DNA of 63,877 bases, counting the filler, from Octopus bimaculoides (lineage: Eukaryota): assembly GCF_001194135.2 (NCBI RefSeq). It is 9 parts of 9 records of this genome, joined end to end, with 100 filler letters (N's around TTAATTAATTAA, not from the genome) between each part and the next. Parts side by side here need not be neighbours in the genome. Positions count along the whole stretch, not along the records: positions 1 to 18,339 come from NC_068983.1; 8 more parts are not named here. The stretch is one strand, 5' to 3'. The translations under genes were made by a program, and so were the position numbers. The notes below the pieces were generated by a model. The model worked only from the letters and a program-made list of their open reading frames with translations, did not search any database and was not told the DNA's origin. Below, piece after piece: positions 1 to 13,126 of the stretch. Numbering within the stretch: the first letter of the stretch is position 1; each line of letters begins with the position of its first letter.

Positions 1-66
<66 letters not shown>

Positions 67-190
67 GATAAGTTTGTAACAGAAAGAGTAGCAACAGCAG
101 TAGTAAGCAGCAGAAGTAAGCAGCAGAAGTGGTAGTGGCAGCAGTAGCGGAAGCAGCAGTTGTTGCAGCAGCAACAGTAACAACAACATG
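1..190. repeat. (CTA)n microsatellite grading into AGC/AAC-rich simple repeats
   Basis: Direct reading: perfect CTA run 1-66, then agcagt/agcaac degenerate triplets. Confidence 0.95.
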
Positions 191-389
191 ACGAACAGCA
201 ATTAGAACAATCAAGTTAAGAATATGACAAGAGTCACAATCGCGAGCATGACCACGACTTCTACGACAGCCAACCCGACGATCACCGTCATCACTCCGTC
301 ACCATCCTCTCAACCAAAATAATCTCTCTCCTGCCACCAAAATACAAACACACGCATACACACACGTGACATGCATTAACATCCTTACA

Positions 390-1000
390 GTCCCTTCACA
401 TAGACAGCTGGAAGACCTTTCCGTGCAATGAGATCGAAACAAGTACGTCACAAGAAGTCCTTGATGTCGTGTCGAAGAGAAAGATAGAAACTAAAATGGC
501 CGCCCCGTGCTCAAAGCTGAAAGACTCGATGTGGCGGCGGACAGCTCATCAGCTATTAGCCTTTGGCTTGGAATTGGTATCGGTTGAGGATTTCGATTGG
601 GTAAGACTATGCAGATATGGAAGTGATGTCAGCTGAGCTAGTCTGTGATGTGCAAAGAGCTTTGTAAATCAGCTGTTGTCGCGTGTATGATAGCCTCAGC
701 TACTGGCCGAGCCCGTTGTGAAAATTACACTACCACCTTGTTTTAGACGGTTCGTTTGTTTTCTGCTGTCACCGTCTGCGACAGTTTACAACATCTGTTT
801 CCTGTACGTTTTCTTCTTTTCAACACAAGAAAATGGGATGGTCCTCTGCCTGGATGTTCCTCACTTCCCCAGTAGTTCTTTGTTTTTGTGACTGAAGACA
901 AGGCAAGTCCTCCGAATATCCTCTGGACCTGCAATTGGATGTCCAGCAACAATTGGTGCTGATGAAATAGAAACCATCTGGACACGCTCTTGCTACTTCT
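390..1000. promoter_or_regulatory. CpG-containing, microsatellite-free island; candidate promoter or first exon
   Basis: YY1-like AAAATGGCCGCC at 493-504, CRE-like TACGTCA near 444, + strand ATG 496 open for 35 codons to TGG|GTAAGA (601), and a - strand donor (cttac 384-388). No homology recognised. Confidence 0.3.
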
Positions 1001-2029
1001 CACTGTGCTGCTTTCTTTTTCTCTGTTTTTCGAGTTTTTTAATCAACACCCTTGCTAATATACTTCACAAAGAAACACATAATTCGTCGACTTAAATATT
1101 TCATCATCAGATGCGTGTATCGGGCTGGGTTCTTTGTATTGTCTTCAATTTTAAAAACTTGTCATATAGTTCCATAACCTTTCCCTCAACTAACAGGAAA
1201 GATATCCTCTAACATATCGATTGAGGTATTTCTAATTGTTCTTTAGAGAGCATGAATTAATCTGCTTTTGATTATCCAGAGACAAGGAACTTACCCCTCT
1301 CACTCTCTTGAATTGACGGCGCTGGCAAAAAAGCACCCGCTTAAGTAACGAAAGTTTGTCAATCAAAATTGTTTTTCTGGGCACGGTAGTTCATAATCAC
1401 GATATAACTGTAGCTGGCAGTTTGAACAAAGTTAAAATTACTCATTTTTGTCATCGCATATACGAACATATATTTGTGTGTGCGTGTTATCCAGTGGTGT
1501 TGTGGTCGTTATTTTTTTATATTGTGCAAATTTGCTTTTCCGGATATTAAATTGCTACTCTTTGTATTTGAAAGTGCATCTGTTTATTGTCATTGCCTCC
1601 GATAGTATTGTCATGAATTGTATAGTTTTCTCTAACCTTTTCCCGTGTGTTTGATGATTAAAAGACTTTTCTTTCAAAGGGCGCCTTCAGTGCTATTCTA
1701 TTTTTGCTTGCTGCGCATGATTAGCTCTTAATGTCTCCTTGGTGGAGAAAGCCTCATTGAAAATCATTATACATACAGCAAAATTCTAGAAGAAAACATA
1801 AAAAAAGCAAAAGAAAACAAAAAGAAATGTTGAGAAAAAGACATTCTGTCTACCTCATACTGTCGAAGACTTCATTACGATGCAAATGCCACCATTTTGT
1901 AAAATAATTCAAGAGGAATAATTTTCATCCAGTAAAACTTCTTAACATTTCAAAAATTGCTGTTAACTATTATGACACCATAACGAACATAAATGATAAT
2001 AGAGATAATAAAGCAACAGCAGCAGCAGT

Positions 2030-2135
2030 AGCAATGATAATAATAATAATAATAATAATATTAATGATAATAATAATAATGATAATAATAATAATAATAA
2101 TGATAATAATGATAATAATAATAATAATAATAATG
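2030..2135. repeat. (AAT)n/(GAT) microsatellite
   Basis: Direct reading; explains the poly-Ile ORF 1970-2161. Confidence 0.95.
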
Positions 2136-2354
2136 ATTTCATTTACTTGCCTCAAGGGCAAAGGATGAGTGGGACAATAGAGAGACAGATATAAAGTGTG
2201 GGGAGTTTACATATAATGAAACGATAAAAAAAGAACGGAAGAAAGAAAGTATAGACGGTATACACTGACAAAGGAGGGACATATGCATAGCATACAAGGG
2301 TTTAAAAAAAGTGGCGGGGAGGATGACAGAGATGTGGCCCTCCTGATACAGGAA

Positions 2355-2465
2355 AGATGAAAGACAGAATTTGAACTCGGCGGAATTTGAACTCAGAACG
2401 TAAAGACGGACAAAGTACCGCTGTTTCGCTCAGCGTGCTAACGATTCCTCTAGCTTGCCGCCTTA
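2355..2465 (-). mobile_element. SINE family A fragment (tRNA-derived head)
   Basis: Reverse complement matches the head of the full copy at 6235-6472 (gttagcacgc...gagttcaaattccgccgag). Confidence 0.75.
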
Positions 2466-2569
2466 AACAACAAATACAACAACAACAACAATGATGATGA
2501 TGGTGATGATGTTGATGATGATACGATTCTTCTTAAGAATATTATTATTATTGTTAATACTGTATTTAG

Positions 2570-2637
2570 ATTCTGAGTTCAAACACCACTGAGGTTGACC
2601 TTACCTTTCATCATTTCGGGGTCGATAAAATAAGCGG
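2570..2637 (+). mobile_element. SINE family A internal fragment
   Basis: ttctgagttcaaa...cctttcatcatttcggggtcgataaaataag matches the family A body. Confidence 0.7.
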
Positions 2638-2778
2638 GATTCGTTGTAAAGAAAACGCTCAGGTCTCCTTCGGTTTAGAGTATCGGGTGCTATTTCTAGC
2701 ATTTTATTAGCCACTTAAAAGCCAAACCGTTCGTCATTAACCTGTCTAATCATGGGTGTTATTCTTAGCCGTGAATCT

Positions 2779-2819
<41 letters not shown>

Positions 2820-4501
2820 NNNNNNNNNNNNNNNNNNNNNNNNNNNNNNNNNNNNNNNNNNNNNNNNNNNNNNNNNNNNNNNNNNNNNNNNNNNNNNNNN
2901 NNNNNNNNNNNNNNNNNNNNNNNNNNNNNNNNNNNNNNNNNNNNNNNNNNNNNNNNNNNNNNNNNNNNNNNNNNNNNNNNNNNNNNNNNNNNNNNNNNNN
3001 NNNNNNNNNNNNNNNNNNNNNNNNNNNNNNNNNNNNNNNNNNNNNNNNNNNNNNNNNNNNNNNNNNNNNNNNNNNNNNNNNNNNNNNNNNNNNNNNNNNN
3101 NNNNNNNNNNNNNNNNNNNNNNNNNNNNNNNNNNNNNNNNNNNNNNNNNNNNNNNNNNNNNNNNNNNNNNNNNNNNNNNNNNNNNNNNNNNNNNNNNNNN
3201 NNNNNNNNNNNNNNNNNNNNNNNNNNNNNNNNNNNNNNNNNNNNNNNNNNNNNNNNNNNNNNNNNNNNNNNNNNNNNNNNNNNNNNNNNNNNNNNNNNNN
3301 NNNNNNNNNNNNNNNNNNNNNNNNNNNNNNNNNNNNNNNNNNNNNNNNNNNATATATATGAATATTCTCCAACTGCAGATATATAAAATGCGATTTACGA
3401 CAATTCATTGAAATTCATTGCAATAAGATCCCAAGAAATATCCTAAAAGTTAATCAAATTTCGCCAAGGCATCAATTCAAAGTAAATTGATGAAGGAAAA
3501 TAATAGAATTAAATTTTCTTTTCATCTTGTGCATTTTCCCAATATTGTACTTTATTGAATTTCTATCTGCAGCGATGGTCGTTCACTTTCTGCATGAAAA
3601 CTTATAATTATATAAAATATAATTTTGAATATTATCATTATTCTTCACTTCTAATTCTGTTATCAGATATATGGCTCTTTCTTTTCTTACTTTATTCTCT
3701 ATCTCTTTTCTTCCATAAAAAAAAACAAAACAAAAAAAACAACCAATCTCTGCTTTTATCTTGATGTATCGACTTGTACTGGAATATTAGAATTTATCCT
3801 TTCAGGTTGACTCCTACTTGATAAGATGAGCAATTTCTATTCTGTAAAGACATAGATACATACACACACACGTGCATACCTACTCACGTACAAACATATG
3901 CACGCACATACACACACACAGACATGCATGTCATTATAGAATTATAGAAGTTATTCATCTGTTCAACTTGGAGACCACTTTTTCTAAGTATATCAGTTCA
4001 TCCATAGCATTTTCATCTGCTCTTCTCATTCAGACTTATTAACTTTTGCATTCATTCCATGCCCGTGAGGGAAAATTTATAACTAAAATAATTATTTGAT
4101 ATGGCAGTCAGTACACCACATCACTGGATTTGAATTTAAAATTCATACTACAGAATTTATGGCATAATTTCACTTATTTTTGCTCATTTTGGTTTTGAGT
4201 ATTCAAATTAATGCGAGTCAAAAATGCACTGAACTCTCTCCGTATATGTTAATTTGCCCATATCTTTTCGGAGACGAGAGGATGAAATGAAATGAAGACC
4301 GAAACAAGGATCAAATTGTTTTGTTCTCTTAAAGATATTAATTAAACCGTGCAGTCATTTTATCATTTAAAATTATCACCGCGTCTCATTCAGATTCAGA
4401 AACAGTTATCACTAGATTTATGTTTTCCTTCCCTGTCTAAGAAGAACATTTAAGAATTTTTATCTACGGCGTTCAGTACACCCATGTCGACTATATATAT
4501 A

Positions 4502-4666
4502 TATCATTTAATAACAGTTTGACTCAGTTCCATATGACTTAAGTTTCGAGTGCTCGTAATACGAATCTATCTTGTCAGATATCGAAGTATCGCGTAATGG
4601 GTTCGTATTACGAGCCCACACAACTTAAAATCACATGAAGCTGAGTCAAATTGTTATTAGATAATA
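4502..4666. repeat. ~165-bp imperfect palindrome (foldback/MITE-like)
   Basis: Arm 4510-4570 (ataacagtttgactcag...ctcgtaatacgaa) is the reverse complement of arm 4597-4658, around a ~26-nt spacer. Confidence 0.8.
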
Positions 4667-4884
4667 CGCGCGCACACACACAAACACATGCACAAACACA
4701 CGCACCTTCTCACCTCGTGATGCGCACACATGCAAACACAGACAAACACACACACACACCCATTCACACACTTTTCGTCTCTTTCGACAGTCGCCAATGA
4801 CCTGCTACTGTTACTAACACACGCACACAAATACTACCACACACACACACACACACACACATACCCACACACTGACCATTTTTA

Positions 4885-5127
4885 CACTCTTCTGTGCACA
4901 AAAACCTACCGGAAGTAGAAATAGATAGAGTGTGCTGTTGGCGATTTCTTTTCCTTCTTTGGACTTTTCCCTTTCTACTTTCCGACGAAGAGCTATGCTC
5001 GAAACGTCAAACTCTCTCCTTTCACCGAGTGTCAAGCTTATAAATTTCTTGTGCACGCCCTCTTGTTCATTTTTTATTCGTCTTTTTTTAATTCGTTTAT
5101 TCGAATTGTTTGTTTATTTGAATTTAC

Positions 5128-5158
<31 letters not shown>

Positions 5159-5160
5159 CA
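4885..5160 (+). mobile_element. Penelope-like 3' terminal remnant ending in (TA)n, containing a degenerate hammerhead
   Basis: HHR-like core at 4982-5011, T-rich tail, then (TA)n. Confidence 0.55.
4979..5011 (+). ncRNA. Degenerate minimal type I hammerhead ribozyme (U4->C)
   Basis: ttt-CCGACGA-A-GAGC-tat-GCTC-GAAA-CGT-C-aaa: 4-bp helix II, palindromic ACGT helix III, GUC site, ttt/aaa helix I. Confidence 0.6.
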
Positions 5161-5810
5161 TTTGTAGAAAACATAAATCCAAAGAAGACGCACACTCTAA
5201 GATGTAGAGCGGTATATATTAAAAATGGGGAAGGCCGGTTTATGGGATTTTCTGTAATATGCGTCATATCAAGTCTCGAAGTATTATCGCAGTTTCCTGA
5301 CTAATAGCTGTTTTCTATCCAATAATGTCCGTGGTTTGTTGGTGTCTCATTTCCCTTTGAGGAATCCCCAAAGGAAATGTTCACAAAGCGAAAAGTCCAG
5401 GGATTGATTAGGCACTGTCAGGTCAACAGTCTGAAAAATGATACGGTCACTAAATTTTTCTTAATGCGCGCTGTTATGGAAACCATCGATGACGTATATA
5501 AATACCGCCTCTGTTCAATTACAAGTAAAGGAAGTTGTACATCATAAATATATAGAAATCAGAAGCGTCTATTTATATATATATTTTTTAATCGGTAGCA
5601 ATTTTCAAAAGTGATCCAAGGACTGAGAGTTCGTGTGTGACACTTACAAATTTGATTTAAAACCTACAGTATGTTTCTTAGTATGAATTATAAATTCTTT
5701 CAGATTAAAAATTAATTTTGGAGATCTACCAGAAGATTGGAAAATTCGAATAATCTGCTACCTAAACAGGGAGTAGGTGTAACGAGTAAATGTGATGCAC
5801 AATTGCAAGA

Positions 5811-5842
<32 letters not shown>

Positions 5843-6080
5843 ATGCACACACAAACACACACATCTTTTTAACTGGCAGTTTATTCTAAAATTACGATTT
5901 TCACGTATCTCTCAAGATTAATTCTTTATTGAACATTCCTGCAAGAATTTCTATTCCCACTATATATGAGCATAGGCTTATTTCATATTCCATTTGATAC
6001 GTGCCTTGTGTAAAGCACTCGGCATTTGGGTCACTTTAGTAACCTTCTGCCGATTAAAATAATATAATAAAAATATATTT

Positions 6081-6765
6081 AGGTGCAGATATGGCAGTGT
6101 TTAAGAAGTTCGCTTTGCAACCACGTGGTTAATGGGTTCAGATCTACTGCGCAGCATCTTAGTCGTGTCCGTTACTATAGCCCTGGACTGGCCAGTGCAT
6201 TAGCAGTGAATTTAGTTAACGGAAACTGTGGAATTCACAGGCGAGTGAGCTGGCAGAAACGTTAGCACGCCGGGCGAAATACTTAGCGGTATTTCGTCTG
6301 CCGTTACGTTCTGAGTTCAAATTCCGCCGAGGTCGACTTTGCCTTTCATCTTTTCGGGGTCGATAAATTAAGTACCAGTTACGCACTGGGGTCGATGTAA
6401 TCGACTTAATCCCTTTGTCTGTCCTTGTTTGTCTCCTCTATGTTAAGCCCCCTTGTGGGCAATAAAGAAATAGGAAACTGTGGAATCTATCGTATACATA
6501 TGCACGTGTATGCGTATGTGTATGTAGGTATGTGTGTGTGTGTGTATTTATGTCTTTGCGTTTGTCCCCAACGTCATTTGACAACCGGTATTGGTTTGTT
6601 TACGTTTCCGTAAATTATAAGTTTGGCGAAAGAGAACGATAGAATGACTACCAGATTTAAGCATAAGCACCGGTATCGATTTGATCGACTGAGTTCTTGA
6701 AGGTGGTGCTCCAGCATGGTCGCAGTCCAAAGACCGAAGGAAGCCAAAGACACAAGATGAAAGAT
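6081..6765 (+). mobile_element. SINE family B (tRNA head, CORE-like middle, internal microsatellite), interrupted by SINE A
   Basis: Head ggtgcagatatggcagtg...gggttcag, body ...ggaaactg, tail ...ggtgctccagcatggtcgcagtc; matches other B copies in the window. Confidence 0.85.
6235..6472 (+). mobile_element. Full-length SINE family A with 14-bp target-site duplication
   Basis: A-box-like tggcagaaacgttag, B-box-like gagttcaaattcc, tail ccccttgtgggcaataaagaaatag; GGAAACTGTGGAAT at 6221-6234 and 6473-6486. Confidence 0.92.
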
Positions 6766-7410
6766 GATACATACTAATGCACAGAGTTCCGTTTTTACCT
6801 CTTTTACCAGGTCCGTTATTAGAAACATCGTTATTTTTCATTTGCTAAAATGTAAAAACACGATATGTTTACAAATCAATTTTGTATGTTTTTCTGTTCA
6901 TTTCTTTAAATGTATTATTGCCTTCGAGAAAACTTTTCTTTGAAGACGTAATCGATACTAACTCGTTTCTTGCTGCATCCAGTCTTGCTCCCTTAGAAGA
7001 AGCCATATTAAATTATCTGTAAACAAAATAATTTACTTTAAAAAAACACAATAACCGAACGATTTATCTAAATGTACCCTAAGTAGCTGAGTAACCGTGA
7101 AATGTTCTGAAGATTCTCTCAAATTACATTTTGTTGCCTGGAACAAGAAAGACACACCAGATAATGTATCCGTACATACTGTTACAAAGAGACGGGATCG
7201 CCAAGGCTAATGTCTTCATTCCTGTAGCTGCTCAATCATGGCTGACCTGTGACTAAACATCGTCATCACTACCACCAGACAGCGCCACGAGACGACGACA
7301 ACTACCACCACCGCCACCGCCGCCGTCAAAACCACCACCACCACCACCACCAAATTCTTGGAAAACAAGTGTGAACATTGTTAAGTTGTAAAACTGTGGT
7401 TGTTGTAAGT

Positions 7411-7656
7411 AAACAGTTATCTTTTACTTGTCGCAGTCATTCGACGGCAGCCATACTGGAGTACCATCTTGAAGGGTTTTTAGTCGAACAAATCTACCCC
7501 AGGACTCTTTTTTTAAAGCCTAGCACTTATACTACCGGGTTCTTTGACCGAACAGCTAAGCTACGGGGAAGTAAACTCCCCAACATCGGTTGTCAAGCGG
7601 TAGTGGTGGGGGAACAAACCCAAACGCAAAGATACACCCACAAATATATTCCAACA

Positions 7657-7751
<95 letters not shown>

Positions 7752-7955
7752 ATGCATGTATGTATGTCTATGTATCTATCGGTATATGTATGCATACGAC
7801 GGGCTTATTTCAGTTTCCGTCTGCCACGTCCACTCACAAGACTTTTGCCGGCCCCGAAGCTATATAGCAAAAGACATTTGCCTAAAGTGCCACGCAGTGG
7901 GGCTGAACCCAGAACAATGTGGTTGAGAAGTGAGGTTTTTACCACATACCCATAC
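7411..7955 (-). mobile_element. Full-length SINE family B with internal (TAGA/CAGA)n
   Basis: Reverse complement of family B tail and head flanking a tetranucleotide array. Confidence 0.85.
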
Positions 7956-8497
7956 CTAAATAAATACTGGAAAACGTTTTAGACGAGGCTCTATCTCTCA
8001 TCACACATTTAAAATATTAATTCTTTCAAAAGGTTGAGTAGGAAAAGAAGGGAAGCAACCTCAATTTATTACTCCTAGTTGTTTGTTTTATCTACAATTG
8101 AGAAATGAAAATTCACATCGACTGAGACAATATTTGACATCAGAGTATAGAATGGACAAAGCTCAATATTTAATTAAAGATATTTATTTCATCATTCTAC
8201 TATTTATGTCAAGTCTCTGTCTTCGTTTCTCAGTAAATATTTTGCAACCGACTTGTCGGAAATTCTATCTTGACAATTTTGTTTTAGTTTTCGTTCGCAA
8301 ATACTGGTCGAAGAAGTCAACCATAAAACATCGAAATGCATCGGAAAACAAGCAAAATTAAATGACATTGTCAAGTTAATAAAATCGAGAAAACAGAGTT
8401 GGGTGTAGACACGTATGGTGGACGTGTGTTACAACAGGTTGGCAAAAAGGCTGACAGACTGGGTTCTGTTTAACAGTCAGGGGAAAACAAAATCCAC

Positions 8498-8660
8498 AAG
8501 CGCAGGCCTGGCTGTGTGGCCAGATTACTTTCCAGCCACATGGTTTCAAGTTCAGTCCCACTGTGTGGCACTTAGATAGGGTGTTTTGTATTGTAGCTCG
8601 AAGTTAACGAAATTTTTCTGAACGGATTTTGTAGACGGAAACCAAATAGAGCTTGTCGTA

Positions 8661-8713
<53 letters not shown>

Positions 8714-8965
8714 AATAAATAGGTAAAAAATTAAAAAGTGCGTGCGTTACATAAATGATATTTTCAGGATTAAATAAAAAAGACAACAAATGGAAAATAA
8801 AATGACAACAAAAAGACATATTTTCCGCTAAAGAGACTGATCAAACCTAGTACCACACTTAAAAATGAAAGAAATTCTGGGGACGATCTGTTTGACTAAA
8901 AACCATTTAGTGCGGTGCCCCAGCATCACCGTAGTCCAATGACTGAAACAAGTAAAAGATAAAAG
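8498..8965 (+). mobile_element. SINE family B, degenerate, with internal (CA)n
   Basis: gcgcaggcctggctgtgtgg...ttcagtcccactg head; tail ...ccagcat...atgactgaaacaagtaaaaga. Confidence 0.75.
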
Positions 8966-10036
8966 ACGACAACGAACAAGATAGACGTATGAACAAGATG
9001 GATGTGGTACATATTACCAAACTATACTCTCTCTCGAGTGGTGTTTTTTTTTTATTATACACGTGTTTTCTAACGGAAGGAAATGCTGGCATTTGTGGAT
9101 AGTAAGGAAAGTCTACGGAAAAGAGAGACTCATTATAAATTTTAGAGGAATTTAGTTTAAACAAGGTCTCAGTTATGGCAGAATACTTTTAAACCATCTT
9201 CGCAGCGTCTTGTGACTTTATCCAAGCCTTTTGAAGAGAATTTATTGATTTATTTAATCTCTGAGGAAATTTAATCTTTTCCGAAATTCAACTTTATGAA
9301 AGAGTAAGAAAAAATATCAATAAAGATTGTATAATTTTTATGTTGGAGTTTTTAATAAATGAAATGCATTTCAAGGATTCTCTCCGAGCAAAAATGTTGA
9401 GAAACACTGCATCAGATAATTTAGTTCTGGATATATGTCTGATGGCTGCAGCTAAAATGTCTTTGAACATGGACTGCATAGTTAAAGATCATGGTCTGCT
9501 ACTCCCCAACTAAAAACAACAATAACAACAACAACGACAGTAACAACAATACTAATAACAATGTTACTGAAATATTGATATAGCTGGAAAACATCAGCCA
9601 CACGTCTAGTGGGTGCATCCATTCGCTCAATAATCACACGCAAGCGATCGAAGTGGATTATAATCGTACCAAGACGCCTTTTATACTATGGTGGGCGATG
9701 TTACCAGGTTCGCTGGAAGTTTTAACAGCTCAGAAGCCGGTTGCTACGCGCCGAACTCTACTGTGGCTACTGAAATTTCTGATTTTCGTCGACATGGTCA
9801 CGCATCCAAGGGACTCTAACATCCGCCACCGATTGGCTAGCTGAATCTGCATGCCGGTTAGGCAGGTGGATCGTAATGTTACCTAAACAACCGATGGCTG
9901 CAATGGTTCCGGACCAGCAGCGAAATTTTAATCTGATTCCGTCACTGTTTTAACCAAATTTGCTAGACTGATTTCGTAAAAATATATATTTCTCATTAGT
10001 GTATTCTACGTAGTTTTAAAGTTGTGATTATTCTTT

Positions 10037-10379
10037 TTAACCCTAAATAAGCCTTGATCGAGTGTACCTATGGTAAAATATATTCCATCTGTAACCATTC
10101 CATGCTTCTCGGATATTGCGTACCCTGTACAACAACACTAATAAAAGAAGCAGTTTATCATGGCGAACCCACATTTTACAGGTGTTCAAACCTTGTGTCC
10201 TGTCCATTTTAAACAATGAAACACACTGCTATCTCAAATAACACTTAAACGTTTTAGAAATGGATACATCCGATTGTATGACCCTTGGTGCCTTGTGCTT
10301 GAGATAAGACGGGATGATCATGACTGGCATTATCTTTGGCTATGCATTTGCTCAATTAGGGTAAACCTGGAAGGGTAAA
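10037..10379. mobile_element. Old MITE with TTAACCCT...AGGGTAAA ends (piggyBac-like)
   Basis: Diverged inverted termini with a TTAA-type end. Confidence 0.35.
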
Positions 10380-10384
10380 CAATG

Positions 10385-10622
10385 TCGTATATATGTATAT
10401 ATGTATGTGTGTGTGTCTGTGTTTGTCCCCCCGGACATCACTTGATAACCGATGCTGGTGTCTTTACGTCCCCGTAGCTTAGCGGGTCGGCAAAAGATAC
10501 GGTTAGAATAAGTACTAGGCTTATACCGAATAAGTTCTGGGGTCGATTTGCTCGGCTAAAGGCGTTGCTCCAGCATGGCCACAGTCAAATGACTGAAACA
10601 AGTAAAAGAGAATAAAAGAGAG
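10385..10622 (+). mobile_element. SINE family B 3' half
   Basis: tgtgtttgtcccc...gctccagcatggccacagtcaaatgactgaaacaagtaaaagag. Confidence 0.85.
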
Positions 10623-10644
10623 TAAATATGATAGAATATTTGAG

Positions 10645-11195
10645 GTAAGGGGTTAGTTTAAATTTGCTGATCCGTATTTTGTTATATTGACCCCCGAAAG
10701 GATGAAAGGCAAAGTTGATATCAACAAGAACAAAAATAGTAAGAACATAAAAAAAAAAACAAAAGCAACACCAGCTCTGTTTAACATACGAGGGAAACTA
10801 TGTGGTAGTTCGGTCACCTAGAAATGACTGTGCCATCGCTCTTGCATCACACAGTTACATTAAAAGAGAACGGACTCAGCCAAAGAACGGGATAATCACA
10901 GTTTTGATCGTAGGTCTACTCTATTAAGGTTGAGTTGAGTGTAGGGAACACAACCAACACGACCACCACTAGTCACAATAACAATTCTCTCTAGTTAAAG
11001 TACAAGGCCCACAATTTTTTAGGGGAGGATGTTATGTGATACCATGGACATCAGTACTTAACTGGTACTTTATTTGATCGATTTCAAAGTGACGAAAGGT
11101 AAAGTTGATATCGGTGGGATTTGAACTCAGAACTTAGGGCCGGAACAAACACCGCAGGGCATTTTTTCTGACGCTTCAACGTTTCTACTAGGTAG
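10645..11195 (-). mobile_element. Two degenerate SINE A-type fragments (10645-10725, 10995-11195)
   Basis: gaaaggatgaaaggcaaagttga and gatttgaactcagaac motifs; the second has the alternative tail. Confidence 0.6.
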
Positions 11196-12315
11196 CCAAT
11201 AAGTATGCAGTAGCGAAGCATTGTCTCGTTACACTCGTCAGGGCTGGGTTCCGATCAGCTAAGCAGAGCTGCAAATTTCGTGTAATATTTGCAACTGCAG
11301 AATTTTGAAGCTGAAATATCAAAGATGGCACTCTTTGAAGGAAAGACTCTGATGCAAAGAATACAAAATATATAAACGAAAACAATAACCAAATGTTAGT
11401 TTGAATAAACTTTCTGAAAACTGGGTGAAAAAAGATAAAATAAACTAGGTAAGTGTACAAAAGGTAAACCTGAAAATATGTTCATATATCTCGTCTGTCT
11501 AAGACTAGTTGAAGCAATAAAGAAATGAGAAAATTTTAGCACAATATTAATTCAAAAAAAACATATAGGTTTAGTCTTCATTTAGTTCCAACTGTATCTC
11601 GAAGCAGTTTAAAATTCGATTTCTTTTAACCAACCAATTACTGAAACGATGATTATTTCTTTGCGAAAAATATATAATGAATCAATATATTTAGATATCT
11701 TTTTCTCCTTTCAAATTTCTGCTGTTTCATAAAAGCCATTTGACTTTCAAATTATCTCGTTCTTTTTCATTTGTTTTGAGGCGTCTGGAGCATATATTGG
11801 TTCTCCTTTTTATCTTTTACTTGCCTTATTCCCATATCTCTTTAGTTTACTTTCAATAACTTTCATACTTTCATATCTCAATTTAAACAACTATCTGATG
11901 AGATTGCAAATTGAAGAAACGTGAACGAAACAAACACACAAACAATATGAACAAACAAGAAAAGAAAAAGGGTCTAAAAATATTAGAAAAGTATCGGATG
12001 GTTTTGCCTGGCATGATTTGTCGATGGAAAAATTGGATTCGACTAGTGTTTATAAAAACAAAAAAAAACAAAGAAAAAAGCCATTGTAATGTTAGCAAGT
12101 TATTGAGCATTCATATTTACGTCTGAAATATAATTCGGAAACCAAATGACATTTCGTTTTCAGAATAATAAAACCGAATGTTATAAGGATTCTTGCTAAA
12201 TGATTGTTCATTATGGAAACAAGTATACAGACTTCTTTTATGAAGCAGACATAGAAAAATATGAATAAATGAAAAGCAAACTTATGAAAAAAACGGAGCA
12301 AAAATAATCTACATA

Positions 12316-12357
<42 letters not shown>

Positions 12358-12435
12358 GCACACGCATATTTATATTAATTTATTGTATACATGATTAGTT
12401 TATATACATGCACACATACGTCCGTTTGATTACTT

Positions 12436-12480
<45 letters not shown>

Positions 12481-13063
12481 TTTTATGATTGATTTATATA
12501 TGCACGCACAATTATATATATATATATATATTTATATGTATATTTATATATATATACACATATATACATACGCACACATATAGGTATATGCATATAAAGC
12601 GTATTATAATACACACACGTATATATATAAATATACATATACGCATACTTTATGTATATATATACGCATTCATATATGTATGCATATATAATTGATTATT
12701 GTACATACACATGCTTTATTTACACACGAAAACGGCTAAATACGTACATGCCCTCCCACCCCATACATATTTATATATAATTATATATCATCAAACTTAA
12801 CATAATAAAAAGGAAAAAATAAATGGAATACGAGTTTTTTTTTTAAAGTAAATCATTTATTTTGCAATAAATACATTTGCTAACATCTGTCATCTAACGT
12901 CATGTTAAATAGTTAAAAATAATTGATTTGAGGTATGTTTTTTAACCTCTATTTAACTGTATATCTCTCTGTACTGTAGTCAAACGATCGAATCAATTGA
13001 CTTTTCACAAAGTAGAGAATATTTATCTGTCTGTCTGTGTCTGTCTGTCTGCGTGTCTGTCTG

Positions 13064-13126
<63 letters not shown>

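Noticed and set aside
959-975. CTGATGA-aata-GAAAC resembling a hammerhead core
   Set aside because: No helix II and no palindromic or hairpin helix III; chance match
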